In this document: piece after piece, positions 1-13,200 of the stretch | Layout: each line of letters starts with the position of its first letter | Position numbering within the stretch: position 1 is the stretch's first letter | From: Botryllus schlosseri | Taxonomy: Eukaryota | Assembly: GCA_051294905.1 (NCBI GenBank) | Contig: CM119376.1 | Span: forward strand, 25,172,001-25,236,000 | DNA length: 64,000 bases | Reading direction: 5' to 3' | Translations under genes and position numbers: made by a program | Notes under the pieces: model-generated | Told to the model about the DNA's origin: nothing | Database searches by the model: none | Seen by the model: only the letters and a program-made list of their open reading frames with translations

Positions 1-91
1 GGCGCGAAATTCATGAATCAAGTGTCTGGTATTTTGATGTTTCTGATTTTGATATTCTGGCAAGCAGAACCGAACTACTGGATATTCTTAC

Positions 92-1263
92 TTCTGTTTT
101 CCGTCCCATTTGAGAACCATTCCAAACTTGAAAATGATAGCGACGTCACGGCCGACTTTGCGAACCGCGAAATTATCCATCACAGATCCAAACGTCACTC
201 TCCTGCCGTTGACCTGGCAAGAACAAATTTGAAATAATTCCACAACCAAAGATAATATCTTCATCAGTTTAGTAAAACAAAATGCAAAATGACCGATGAC
301 ACTACAAATAGCGCAATTTTCGAATATATATTCTGTAGGCATGATGCAGCGGCTATTTCGCCATATTATTATGAAACTTTTACTCACAAAACTGACGTAA
401 ACCAATTCAAAAATACATTCTACTTTGCAAAAGCAAGTAGCTTTGCTTCAAAAATTTTTGGTTGAAGTGAAAATAGTCCGAAAAGACGATCATTTAATTG
501 GACTCTCGGAGGTACAGAACTTCAGCACACAATTGATTTAATATATTCTTATTGAAATAAAATATTTTAGGATAAAACTCGCCATGGATAGTCGTCAGCT
601 CCAAGTAGATATTGAAAAGAAGATTGTATATCAAACAATTGCGCATGAGAGCACTGTCGATGACGTCATATTTGGTGATACGATTGTTAAATTACAATGT
701 TCTTTTCAATTCTCTACTGGTTGCTGACAATTACTCTTCATGGGCGTCAGCTGAAAATATTTAGGTTTCATTACAATATGAACATTGAACATATTATTTA
801 ATACTATTCGCCATATAAGTGATGAAAGTAGACACAATTTGATTGAGTACTTGAAAAAGTGCTTAGTTACTGACCACCTCGGATTCTTATCATAGTGTGA
901 TGGTATCAAAATCGCCATACTCCTGTAACTTTCAAGTGGCGTAGATGACCTAGCAAACTCACCATAACTAGTTTTCCTCGAGCCAAAAGGATATCGTTTC
1001 CGGCCACTTTAACAATGACTTCTGCAGCGTTCGACAATATCGGGTTAGACGCCGATTGCATGTCGACCTCTATGGAAAACGGTGGTATAGTAGCGCCCGC
1101 TTTGGTCCTGATTAAGAACAAATTTAGCGAGCCAATCTAGGATAACATGAACGTCGAGTACATACTTAGCCATCATCAACAGGCAAGTCGTTGTGGTGTT
1201 GAATCGCGAGCCGTCGAACGTGATAAAATGCCCGTTGCCAAATACTTGACACTGTGCCTTTCG
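92..1263 (-). CDS. Module 9 (class B exon pattern), partial VWD9
   Basis: Exons 1166-1263 (98 nt), 963-1107, 92-213 (122 nt); QCQVFGNGHFITFDG, LKWDG. A further exon may begin at 25 and run off the window. Confidence 0.88.
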
Positions 1264-4200
1264 CTGTGAAGATACGGAATACATCAATTTTATAACTTGC
1301 CGACAAACACACCACACCACAGCCATCTATTGAGGGTGAGATCAATAAGCACATTCCCTGACCAGCAAAATCCATGAAATACCCCACTGTCAAAGGGATC
1401 ACAATATTATGGTCAAATTTAGGTTGTAACTTAGTTGACTCATAATGTGGCACTCAAGACAAAAGTAGAAGTAATATCATTAATTTCCACTTGAGAAAAA
1501 GTAACAATTTTCCAGTAGGTATTCTAGGGATGGTTTGTCTATAAAAACTGAAAGTAGAGATGGAAGTATTCCAAAATCGTAACCACTCGAGTAAATAGTG
1601 CAAATAACCAAAATATACTTGAGCATTCTGGAAAAATAGAAGTACTTCACCAATCTCTTCCAAATTCACGCAAGACCTAGTCGCAAGATATACTCACGCG
1701 CGGTTTTAACAGGCACTGCTGGAAGCCTCTTCCATCTTTTCCGCATCGAGCTCGTCTTATGCACGGTTTGCTGTCGACGCACTCGATCGCGCCGTTACCG
1801 ACGCAAGTGCACACCTTGCCGCATCCGTCGGAACGATACGAAAAGCCTGAAAGATGCAGCAGGTTGACTCAGAATTTGCCATGACACCGATGAAGTCGCG
1901 ATGCGATTACCTTTAGTGACAACTTTGCGATTGATGATGCAGCCGCCGCACGCAGATTTCGCGATGCACGCGCCGTTGGAGCGGATGTACCCTTTGTCGC
2001 AGACGCAGTCTTCCACTTTTGCGTATTTGCATCTGTCGAAGAAAGAGATCGATGTTTTTCTGATCATACGCTTCGTGCGAACCAGAGGCCTTCATAGGTT
2101 TGTTCAACAAATTTTTTTTTTCATACAAAAAAAACGTTGCACACCAAATTTGAGCCAATTCCGACTGGTAGAAGTGAAGCTATCAGATTTGAAAAATTTT
2201 GAACTGACCATAAAAAATGATTTTTTTTAATTTACTGTCTACCTTGTGGCTCAATTCCAACTGGTAGAAGCAAAGATATTGGCTTTCAAAATCGTGGATT
2301 TGAAAAATATAGTATTTACTGAGGGTAATCGAAGAATATTTAATAAAAAACTCAAATAACTTTACTTCTTCACGCAGGAACTGAGTCAAATTTGTTTGGT
2401 ATAGATTTTACAGCCAACATAACAATTTCAAGGGTTAGCCAGTCAAATTTGAGAAAAAAATCGCTATATTTTCAATAATAAATTCAACATATTCAAACTC
2501 TAATGGCTTCACTTTTACTCGTTGGAATTGAGCAAAATTCGGCGTCGACGTCTTTTTAGCTAACCTTACAATTTTAGCTAATAGCCGCAAAAATCTGAAA
2601 AAAGGTTATTTTCGAACAGTACTAACGTACGAAGGTAGGTTTTGCCTTCTTGCACCGCTCACTCAAGAGGTTATGTTTTTGACAACTTGCAATTTTAATT
2701 GGACAGTTTGGAGGCAAATCAACTTATTATAATTTGCATTTTAAAAACTAGAAAGTAGGTCTACTTTAATATAAGTGATTGTCCACTATGCTATATGTTG
2801 TAATCTTGCAAGTGAGTATAAATACATAACATCAATTCTTCTTGTATCGAGCACTGATATTGACCCGCTTCGACTGCCATTGGCTGTAATGCTAAATGCC
2901 AAATTGGATTTCTCAAAACCTCGTAAACTTACTCGGAAGTTTCCGAAACGCCGCACGTATCCTCACAAGCGTCGGCGCATCCCACGTAATGACTATTGAC
3001 AGGGCAGGCGATTTGCAGCATCAGGTCGCGACGCCATTCGCAGACCGGCGCGCCCGCAGCCGAGCATTCGTAGGCGTACATTTTCAAAGCCTGACCATGC
3101 AACACAGATGAAAGTGTTGCGTAAACGCGCATTCAGAAGGCTCCGGATATCACCTGTTTTAGGATACGTCGCGATCCGTTAGCGCGGCACATGTCGCTGA
3201 CGCATTTGTCGAAATACTTTTTGGCGTCAAGTAGTTTGCTGCAGTTTGAAAATTCGGATTTCTCGTCAAGGATAGCGCCGCATTTGTCGATACCGCTCCT
3301 AAAATGGGATGTGTTATATATTATATATTGAATAATGTATATTGAGCTCAAGTGATCTCTTCTCCTCGCTCGGTATTCGAAATTCCATGACGCTGACATC
3401 ATATTTTGTCATTTTACTACTTCTAGTATTTCTCAGATACTCATTTTCTACTTCCATTTGAAGTAGATTAGACAAGTCTTGGAAATAATTTACGGTCAGC
3501 TCTCAAGTTAACCGGACCCCGACCTGTCATGTCGATCTCGCCTTGACAGGCCACCTCGCTTGTTATTTTGTATTATCTTCGTTTACTCTTCATTCTGTGT
3601 GCATGCTTCCGCTTTACATCGCCTACTGGACCCGGGTGGGTGTCTGATTTCAAAGACTACTCCAAGTCGTTTTGACACCTTCCTATATTTTCATTATATC
3701 GCAGTCTTGCTGTGTTTTGAAATGATGAAATTCCTAATAAACTGATACTGATACGGTATTACTTCTACTCGGGTACAGCACCGCCAAGTACCAATACACA
3801 GATCATACCAGGCTGCCAGTTCAGTGCTTGTGCATAAAGGAGGCGGGCTTTCTTCCAGCCTGTGGCATCCATGCCCGGAATGTCTCAACGTAAATTTACG
3901 CTTGTCGTAGTTCTCCTTGTTTCCAATATAAAAGTCATCCTGCGGCTCACCGTTGAAGTTACCGCACAGGCCGCCGACCTGAAAAGCGCAAAGGAATGTT
4001 TTAAATGTGGAGAGAATAACTGCGGCAATGCGACATCTACTACAGAGCAGTATATGCGAGTGTTTACATTTGTTTGTCACAAAATTCCTCATCAAGCCAT
4101 ATAATCAGACTTGGAAACTAGATACAATGACAGAATGAATACAGTCAGCTCTCAAGATTATCTGACCTCGATCTGACACATCAACCTCACCTATGGACAG

Positions 4201-7200
4201 ACACTTTATTTATTTTCATAGGGTTACCATACGTCTTAAAGAGGATTTGTCCTCTTTTTTCAATAAATTGAAAGTGTCCTCATAGGGCGTTTAAATGTCT
4301 CTTTTTTGGGGAATTTGTCCTCTTTCACGTTAGAATGCCTCAACTTACCTTGCCCGCAAACTTGCTGGGTAGCTTGACACGCAGATGGTTCCCGTCGTAG
4401 GCCACTTCAAGACCGAAGAAAGTTTTCAAGACAACATATGATCCTCGTCTGTTGACCGTTATCCACCGGACGGGGTCTTTACCCTGCCAGTTGTAATAGA
4501 TCTTTCCGGCGATCTGGAAAATAAGTGAAATATTAGCATTACGAGAAAGGCCCAAGCTTGACATCCGACATTGGATTGATTAGGCCTACCACAAAAGGTA
4601 TGGCATTTTATTATCAGTCCGACAGGAACACAAATTTTAACATTGACGAATTGTCACAAGGATTTGACTTATGTGTAAAGAAGCATTAGTATTCCTTCAT
4701 AGATATCTGTACGATAATTTCTTACCATAGCAATATTATTATTATGGTAAATCCAAAATTGCAGACATCAATAACTTCGCTCCTTTCGGTTGCAATCGAG
4801 TCAAATTTTGTGTGAATGGTTTTTATCAATAGTAGATTTCCAAAAACAAATTTTTAACAGCCTCGGCGGAATAAGTAAACAACTAAACATATACACGAGG
4901 CTTACATGTTGTAGTGTGCTCCTGTAAGGGCTATTATGGGTAGTTCTTATAGGATATAAATTTCGTTTGCCTTGGTGAAATTATACTTATTAAATGATAC
5001 GTAATGCTGATAATCCAACAGTCCAAGATAAATTTCATCGGTACACATACAATATAAAACTGTCCGACAGAAACACATAGCGTAACATCTTACGGTCAGC
5101 GAGAACCTATTTTGAGTAAAAACGTATCCGTTTAGCTCGTGCAGCATGAACGCAGTAGAGTGTAGATACTTATCAACACCAAAGCATACAGTTCTGTGTT
5201 CAACTCACTCTGGCTTGCGCATCATCTCGTAAGAGCACCATGATGCCTTGCGAGGGAAATCGGACTCGGACATTCTTCGACTCGAAAACTCCCTTGATCA
5301 CCGGGTCGCTGCGAACGGTGACTTGAACGTAGAAGTTCCTTTCGCGGCTGCTCGGATCGCCTCGCACGATTTCGCGTTTGGCGGCGATGAAACTGCACTC
5401 GGTGGTCGTGTCGAAGGTGTGGTTATCGAAGGACTTGAAATGGGTGCTGCCCCACACTTGGCACACGGCCGATTCTGTACGCAACAAGACTCATTACGTG
5501 GTCATGCACTATATGGTTCACGATATGTACAGCGGTCAAGGGCAATTTACGGCTCGGAATACGAATCTAACCAGTACATAGGATGTATGTAGTATACACT
5601 AAACTGGAAATGCGTTTACTTTGAGGGTGGTTTAGTTAGGTACTGTGTGCAAAGTATACAGAAGTATGTAATATCACAGAACGCGCAGTTCCAAATGTAA
5701 CAATGGCGACAAACTAGGTTTCAACCAACTCTACAAAAAGAAAACGGTAACGCAGAAGTTGAATACGACAAAAACATACCGGTACAGGGAAGATACAAAA
5801 CTAATGTGAGACTTGCAATTTATACAGAATATTTTATTCTGCATAAACTAGATCAGTCAACTTGAATAAATGTTGAGTCCAACTTCAGCATTACTGTTTT
5901 TGTAATGTTAATTTCAAAGCTGTGCATTGCAACTGTTACGTTATGAAATACGCGGTCTGTGATTTTAATTTCATATGGTAAATAAATCTGCACAGTCTCA
6001 TTACCTAATATTAACACATTCACTCAGCAGCTTGTGTAAACAATGTCATTTACTGTTGTAAATTTACAATTGGATAGTGCATTCATATTGAAATGAGCCT
6101 GAATATTTTCGGCTGACTGGCTGGCCAGATTCCGTCAGGGGTAATTGTCAGCAACTAGTAGAGAATTGGAAAGAACATTGTATATCGACAATCGCATCAC
6201 AAAATATGACGTCACCAGCATGAAATTTCAAATAATGTGACGTCATATTTGTGATACGATCGCTGATATACAATGTTCTTTCCAATTCTCTACTCATTGC
6301 TGACGATTTCTGCTGACGAGTGAGTGTCAGCTGGAAATATTCGGGTTCATTTCAATATGAAGATACCATTCAATTGTATATTGAAGTTCTGTACCTCCAA
6401 GAAGCTGTTTTCAATTTAGAAACAAAATTAATATAGCATAAACTTTTGTATGCAGTACCTATGAAGAAGCTAGGTGCTATTGTTGCCATCAGGATTATAA
6501 ATTGATCTGTCAACTTACCGATAGCAACACAGGCGCGTTTTCCATCAGCGTCGAGCATACATTCTTCGTCACGGCCGCAAGTAGACTTAGTGCAGGTTAC
6601 GATTCCGGACTCGCAAACACATTTGGTCTCGCAACCTTCCGTGTAAAATGACTCGGCATTCTGAAATCGTAGTAAGTAGATGAATTTTTTGAACATATTT
6701 ATATTCCATACGACTTACCTTATGGTATTTGCCGTCTTTCAAGCATCCGCATTCTGTCACAGGCACATATTCATCGCCGGACAATACGTAACCGTCATCA
6801 GCCTGGCAGCCTTAAAATAAAAATATCATTGGTCAATGTGCTTGGAAAATTGTTGAGACTACGTAGGAGACTACAAAATCTGTAAGTTATCAATGTTACA
6901 AATATACGGTATTCGATATGAAGATATATAAGAACAAACGAAAAAAAAACATACCCACGAATATGATTACCGTTTGTGATACTAAATTTTACAAGCAATT
7001 AAATACTGCAACACTAACTCGGAAATAAAATAACCCGTTACACATTTGGATCCAACATACTTACATATGTAAAACCATGACATTAATACACATATCAAGC
7101 TTATGGATTGTCGCCGAATCACTATAATGCAAGCCCGACCTACCTTCAACACATCCTTTGGACGGGTCGTCCGTTCTGCATTCCGATACGTCCAAGTCCC

Positions 7201-10200
7201 AACATGTCGGTTGGCAAATGTCCATGCAGGCCGCAAAGTGGCTGTGCTCAGGACAAGTGACTTCAGCTGAATTGAAAATACATCTATGATCACCGCGAAA
7301 CGTCGGTAATTTGCGTCTCAAAAATGGCACACATTTAACAGGAGGTGGTCCGGTTGGTACTCAAGTAGAGGTAGAAGTAAATCTAAAACATTCTGCTCAT
7401 TCACAAGCAGACTTGCCATTTCCCAGACATGCCAAATCTACTTGAAGTGGAAGTGGAAAATGAAAATTTTAAATGTTCTTGTTTGAGTAGATTTAAAGAT
7501 AAAGTAGATCCTGGACAATACATGGCATATTTTAGGTGGTTGGTTTCGAAATGACAGGGTGCATCTTTGAGACTATCGCAAAATGACTCACGCCACTACA
7601 AATTGACGTGATTTTCAAAAATGTATTACCACAATACGAGGTCTATTTCAGTAAATCCAAAATTGAAAAAGTAAGCAGTTGTGCAGAAAAAACTGATAAA
7701 TGGAATTGGAAGTAGTTTTAAACCATAACCACTCAAGCAAACAGTGTGAGTTGGCAAAACCAACTTTGATACTCCGAAAGAGCAGAAGTGCCTCGTCAAT
7801 GACCCCCTCTCACTCAACAAATTCTTACTTATGTTAGCCTCCTGTCTCCAGGTGTCAGGCAGTTCCCCTCCTTCGGCGCGACAATCTTCCGTAAAGTCCG
7901 AGATGACTCTTTCCTGCACCGACACGTCGCCCGCGAAAGCGCACAAGTCCAAAATGCAGTTTTCGTACATCGTGGCAGAGTCCGCCAATCTCTGGCAGCC
8001 TCTCATGACGCCGGTGGGATTGATCAGAACCCCGCAGGCTTCCGCCGCGATGGCTCTGTCTTCTGGGCCGCACACGAATGGCGGAGATTCGCTGAGGAAA
8101 TCGGCCATAGGGCCAACGCAGCTAAAAGAGTAATACATTAGTATAAACACGGATATATCTACAACTAGTCATGAGATCTAACTAGATATCCTTGGCACAC
8201 GTATCATTTATATGGTGTAGTAGCAAGGGTAGCCACCGTGAGTGCTATTTTATCACAATCCAAATTTTTCGACTGCAATAACTCCGCTTCCACAGGTTGG
8301 AATTGAGCCAAATTTGGTGAGCATCGTTTCTGCAGACAGCCTAACAATTTCATGGGGTGAGCAGAAAATTTTGTTCAATTTCTGTTTGATTTTTACGTAA
8401 TAAATCCAAAACTTTCTTCTCTTGTAGCAAAGCGGCCACTCGTTGCAACCAAATTTGGTGTGCAGAGTTTATAATAACCAAAACAACAATTTTATCAAGT
8501 AGCCAGTGAAATTCGAAAGAAAAAGTTATTTTTGAACACCCCAAGTGGTCAGTACTAACTTTTTACACTCCGCATATAGTAAAGTAGAAACTACTTTGGG
8601 GATATGTTTGCATCGGTTTTATGAGTGAAATTGTAATAAAAACTTGGTGAAATAGAGCTCTTGTATTGAACAGCTAACATATGTTTGAAAATCGCACCCA
8701 GCCTATTTATAGCGCCTTTATTCATTTTGTGTCGGTCAAGAATACGAACGCCGCAATTTCGGGATGAAATACCTTCGGTTAACTGCTAAAAGTATGAAAA
8801 TCGGCGACCAAATTTTCTTCTTGAAACTGATTACTTTGGTACATTCCAGATATTTTTCAGATCTTCCTTTTCTAATTCCGCTTGCAGAAGTTTTGATGTG
8901 TCTCAGACATCGCTACTTTTAGATGTAATTTAGTAGAAATTTAGAGCGTTCCTTCAACTCCACCAAGATTCAAAAGTGCGAAAATACGAATACAATTCGG
9001 GTGCCATTTTCTCATATCGGAAACGCGTTGCTACAGGACACGCGTAAAGGACTCACGTGTCGTTGAAACCAAGGACTCTCCAAGACTCCACGTAATTCTC
9101 AGGGTCGGTCACGACCTCTCCTGTGATGGCGTGGGTGAGATCGTTGCTGGGATCGTCATTGAAGTCACCGCAGACGCCTTCGATCTTTTCTCTCAAGATC
9201 GCCTTGGCGTAGATCCTCAGTCTAAATCAGAAAATTTACCTCAGAAACAAACAAATCAAGCAAATGTGTACATAACGACAACGTACAACGAATTTGGTAA
9301 ACCGCATTTAAAGCTAGACTGTGTAGAGACAAGGGTACATGTTTGATCAGACTAGTTGACCTCCAAGGTCATATCGATCATTCCTATCTCATACCGAATA
9401 CTGTGAATGTATATTTTCTGTACCACCATTATTGGTGTCTGTTTATTAGGTATTTCGGTTGGATGAAAAATAAAAACTCTCTCTCGCATTTACCGAAGTT
9501 CACTCCTGATGAGAGTCAGTAGAAAAGCTTCAAATTTAACATATTTCACCACATGAATACACTATTTGTTGTAATATTGAAGATATGTACTTCTAGACAC
9601 CTATTTAACTCAACTCTACCGTTATTAATATCTCAATTTACCTGTCAGCGCCGTCCCAATTTACAGACAGGCCAAAGTTGAAATGAGCAGTGAGGAACCG
9701 GCCGGACTTCGCCAATTTCATCCCGGACTGTCTGGTTCCAGTGTTGACTTGCTCGCCGTTCAACTGCGATGCAACAAAGACATTTGTCAACCCAAAATAT
9801 TGATAGGGGTTCATAATTTCAATTCTGCAGGATATTTCTAAATGTCTTTGCGAGTGTGCAGTCCTATAGTAGAGGTGATTGAAGGATAATACAATCATTG
9901 TTGGCACTCAAGTAGAACTAATGTCGTAAATTCCTACTCAAGTATAAGTAATAGTAGCATTTTTCAAGTGAGCGAAAGAGAAAGTATTCTACATTTCTAG
10001 GCCTTGTTTTGCCTAAAAAACTGAAGTACAATCGGAAGTACTCCAAAATCATAACAGCTTGAGTAAGTACCGCAAATGGGCAAAACCTACTTGAGTACTT
10101 CATAGTAGTAGTACTTCATAACTGACCACCTCTGGCCCCTACATGTCCTTCCATTAATATCACTGTATTTTCAGATCAAAGATTGATGCGATTCCTAATT

Positions 10201-13200
10201 TTCATTGTATCGTAATTCTAACAGTATTTTGGATCGATAAAATTTCTAATAAAAATCCTCACCGTCGCAATTGGTCCTTTATAAAATGACAGCCGTTGTC
10301 CTCTGAAATCCATGTGTACTTCTTTCACAGTCGAAACCCGAATATTTCTTAGCGGCTGCGCGTTGACCGCGACCACCGAGAATGGATCGAGGCCGCTGTC
10401 GGATTTGGAGCTGAAAAATGAATTCGGTAATCGTGAGGCATCAACTCGTGATTTTTCAGCGTATCAGGGAAAAAAACCATTGATTTGTATATGAATTCTA
10501 GTCCTCACTTGAGATTACACGACATATCTGGTTTGCCTATCGTTGCATGGCACTTCATTTTCACAGCTTGTCCTTTTTCTGTTATCTTCGGTTACCTTCA
10601 ATTCATTCTGCATGCCTCTTATTCGCACGTTCTAGGTCAAGGGGGCGTTTAATTGAGAGCCTACACCAAGTCGTTTCGACTCCTGCCTTTTCGTGTTATG
10701 TTAATGCTGAAGTGTGTTTAATTGATGAAAATGAATACACCATTCAGTGTTCAAATATGGAATCATAGCTATCATGCATGTCTGAAAGCACAGTTTACAC
10801 TCACAACATTCAATTCAGTACGGCAAGAGCACAAGCTCAAACAAGACTCGCATGTGCAAAGCTAATATAATTGATGCCAATTTGAGATCGAATATCATCG
10901 ACCTGACAGTATTGCTAAAGTAGACCTTTACCTGACCATGGTGTACGAGCAGATCCCTTGAGAATCGAAAGTGTTTCCGTCGAAAGTCGTGTAATGCGGG
11001 TCCGTGATAGCTTTGCACACAGCCCTTTTCTGTTTTAAAAAGCGTCATGACTTCAATTTGAGTCTACCAATGAACAGAAAACACTTACCCGCGCTTTCGG
11101 CACGCACAGCATGAATCCCTCCGGTGTTGTGCCGCAGTTTTGAGTGTCCAAGCAGCCGCCTTCGATTTCTTTGCAGACGAATTCGTTTTGCCCGCGGCAA
11201 ACGCACTCCTGTCTGCAGTCGTTACGACGAAACTTGAAACCTGTCACATAGAAATTACAATGCAGGAAGAAATGCTGCTATCCAGTCTCAGTTGCAACTG
11301 TCTGAAAGAAGACTAGGTACTTTGTCAGTGAATCGACATGCAACTAACATAGGATGACTAATAACAAAGAAAACAAGTGTGATTTTTTAAATTACATCTG
11401 TTGTTATAGTAAATGGTGTGGGTTACCGAGTGACCACGTCAATTTTATAAAAGTGATGCCAATCCTTTAATCTACTGCTTACCACTACTTCGTACTTAAC
11501 AAAATCTAAAACGTCAGTAAGTAGTTTAGCTTCAAAAACTGTTAAAGTATAAGAATAGATACGTTGAATGGCTATCTTCTCAACAGCGAAAATTTGCAGT
11601 ATATACTACGCACATCGATGACGGTTTGATACCTAACATATTAAAACGTTCTTTCTCAGCTCGTGCAACCGGTCAAAAATGAGAAAAACCTAAAGCAAAT
11701 GTAAACGGCAATCAACGTAAGCAACCCACAAAATCTGTGAAGTTATTTGTTACACGTGCGGCGCGCATACCTTGCCACACATAAAATAAGTTTTATCCTT
11801 GCGAAACAAAGCGGTACCTTTCACGTAATAAATTCCACCAACGGTACATCCACAGTTTTCCGTCTTCACGCATTTGTTGTGCGACATCGTGTAGCCGGCA
11901 GCGCACCTGCATCCTGCGAACACAACACGAACGATTTCCAAATACGAGATGAAAAACTTGAAAAAGTCGACGTACCTTCGACGCAGTTTTCTCCCAGCAA
12001 GAACGGCAGCTTTCGCTTGCACAGAGTGGCTTCCGGGTCGCCGCACGTGGGCTGGCACTGGGGCATGCATCGCACGTAACGGCTGTTGGCGGGACACGGC
12101 ATAGCTGAAATTGGTTGGGCCATGTTCAAAAAACGTAACGTAACCGAGAGAGGCGCCTTTGTGCCGCTCCAAGTTTAGAATGGGGATCATACATACACTG
12201 GGTCATAATGCATCTGTGACGGCATAGCATTGTTAAAAATATTCACCCTCACTTCCCATATTTTCGTCCTAGGTACACCTATGCCTCTAAAAGCAAGTCA
12301 TTATCATGAGAAATGATTTAATTTTTGAGAGAAATAACGACATATCGCTATATACTTTGGTATTCTACTAGCCCTGGTGTACAGCGGCCTGGTGCAGGGA
12401 TGATATATTGTTATATTCGGAGATCTACAAATTACTGTTATTATTATTATCAATTATATGGCATCGATGTGTTTCAACAGACTTGTGATGACAAAATCGA
12501 GTCATGTTTCGTAAATCATTGACCCTCGTTGCATCGTAACATTGCTTAATAATAATTTCTCTTTGATTCGATTTCGTGAGCAATGTGATCATTTTCCATC
12601 GAAGGGTACTGCAAGAAACAGTAATCTCTTAATTTCTCGGATCTTGACGGAGTGTTTTAAGATGTTATCACAATTTGATCAAGATGTACAGCAGAGTTGA
12701 AACGCAGTCGGAAAAGCTAAGAGTTGTGCTTTACACCTTTGACGTATAGTATCGTAGGAATGCTTTTATTGCTCGACATTACATATCTTACGCAAGCCTG
12801 ATCGCCAGGGAGACGGTTGCCTGGAGGATTCCAAACAATCGTGAACGTAGGAAGAGAAAACTCGATTCTGCATGTCCTCGTCTCCGTCCATGTTACACAT
12901 ATCAGCCACGCACACGTCGTACGCCACGGCAGCATTTGCGACGCTGTGGCAGTTAGCGAAAGGCCCAAGAGGATCGGTCAGGACCGAGCATCTCGTCTCG
13001 TATCCGGCACGGGCCTGATCGGAACATTCGGACGACCCGCTCTGCGTATGGCCACACCTGAAATACATCGAACGGTACAGAAAATGCACAGGAATGCCTA
13101 ATTCACAAAGACTTGTCATTACTGTTATCAGTACAGATCTTTATCTATTTCTTATTGTTAGGTTTACAGATCAGTATCTGTTGCTATCTTTTACACATCT

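Noticed and set aside
1-25. Possible next exon (KHLIHEFRA) after a 66-nt intron
   Set aside because: Acceptor and phase fit, but the peptide matches sister modules poorly and is cut by the window edge, so it was not counted.
5248-5592. Plus-strand ORFs over exons (also 7831-8133, 12817-13101, 25430-25720, 29675-29962)
   Set aside because: Antisense shadows of GC-richer coding exons with no independent homology signal.
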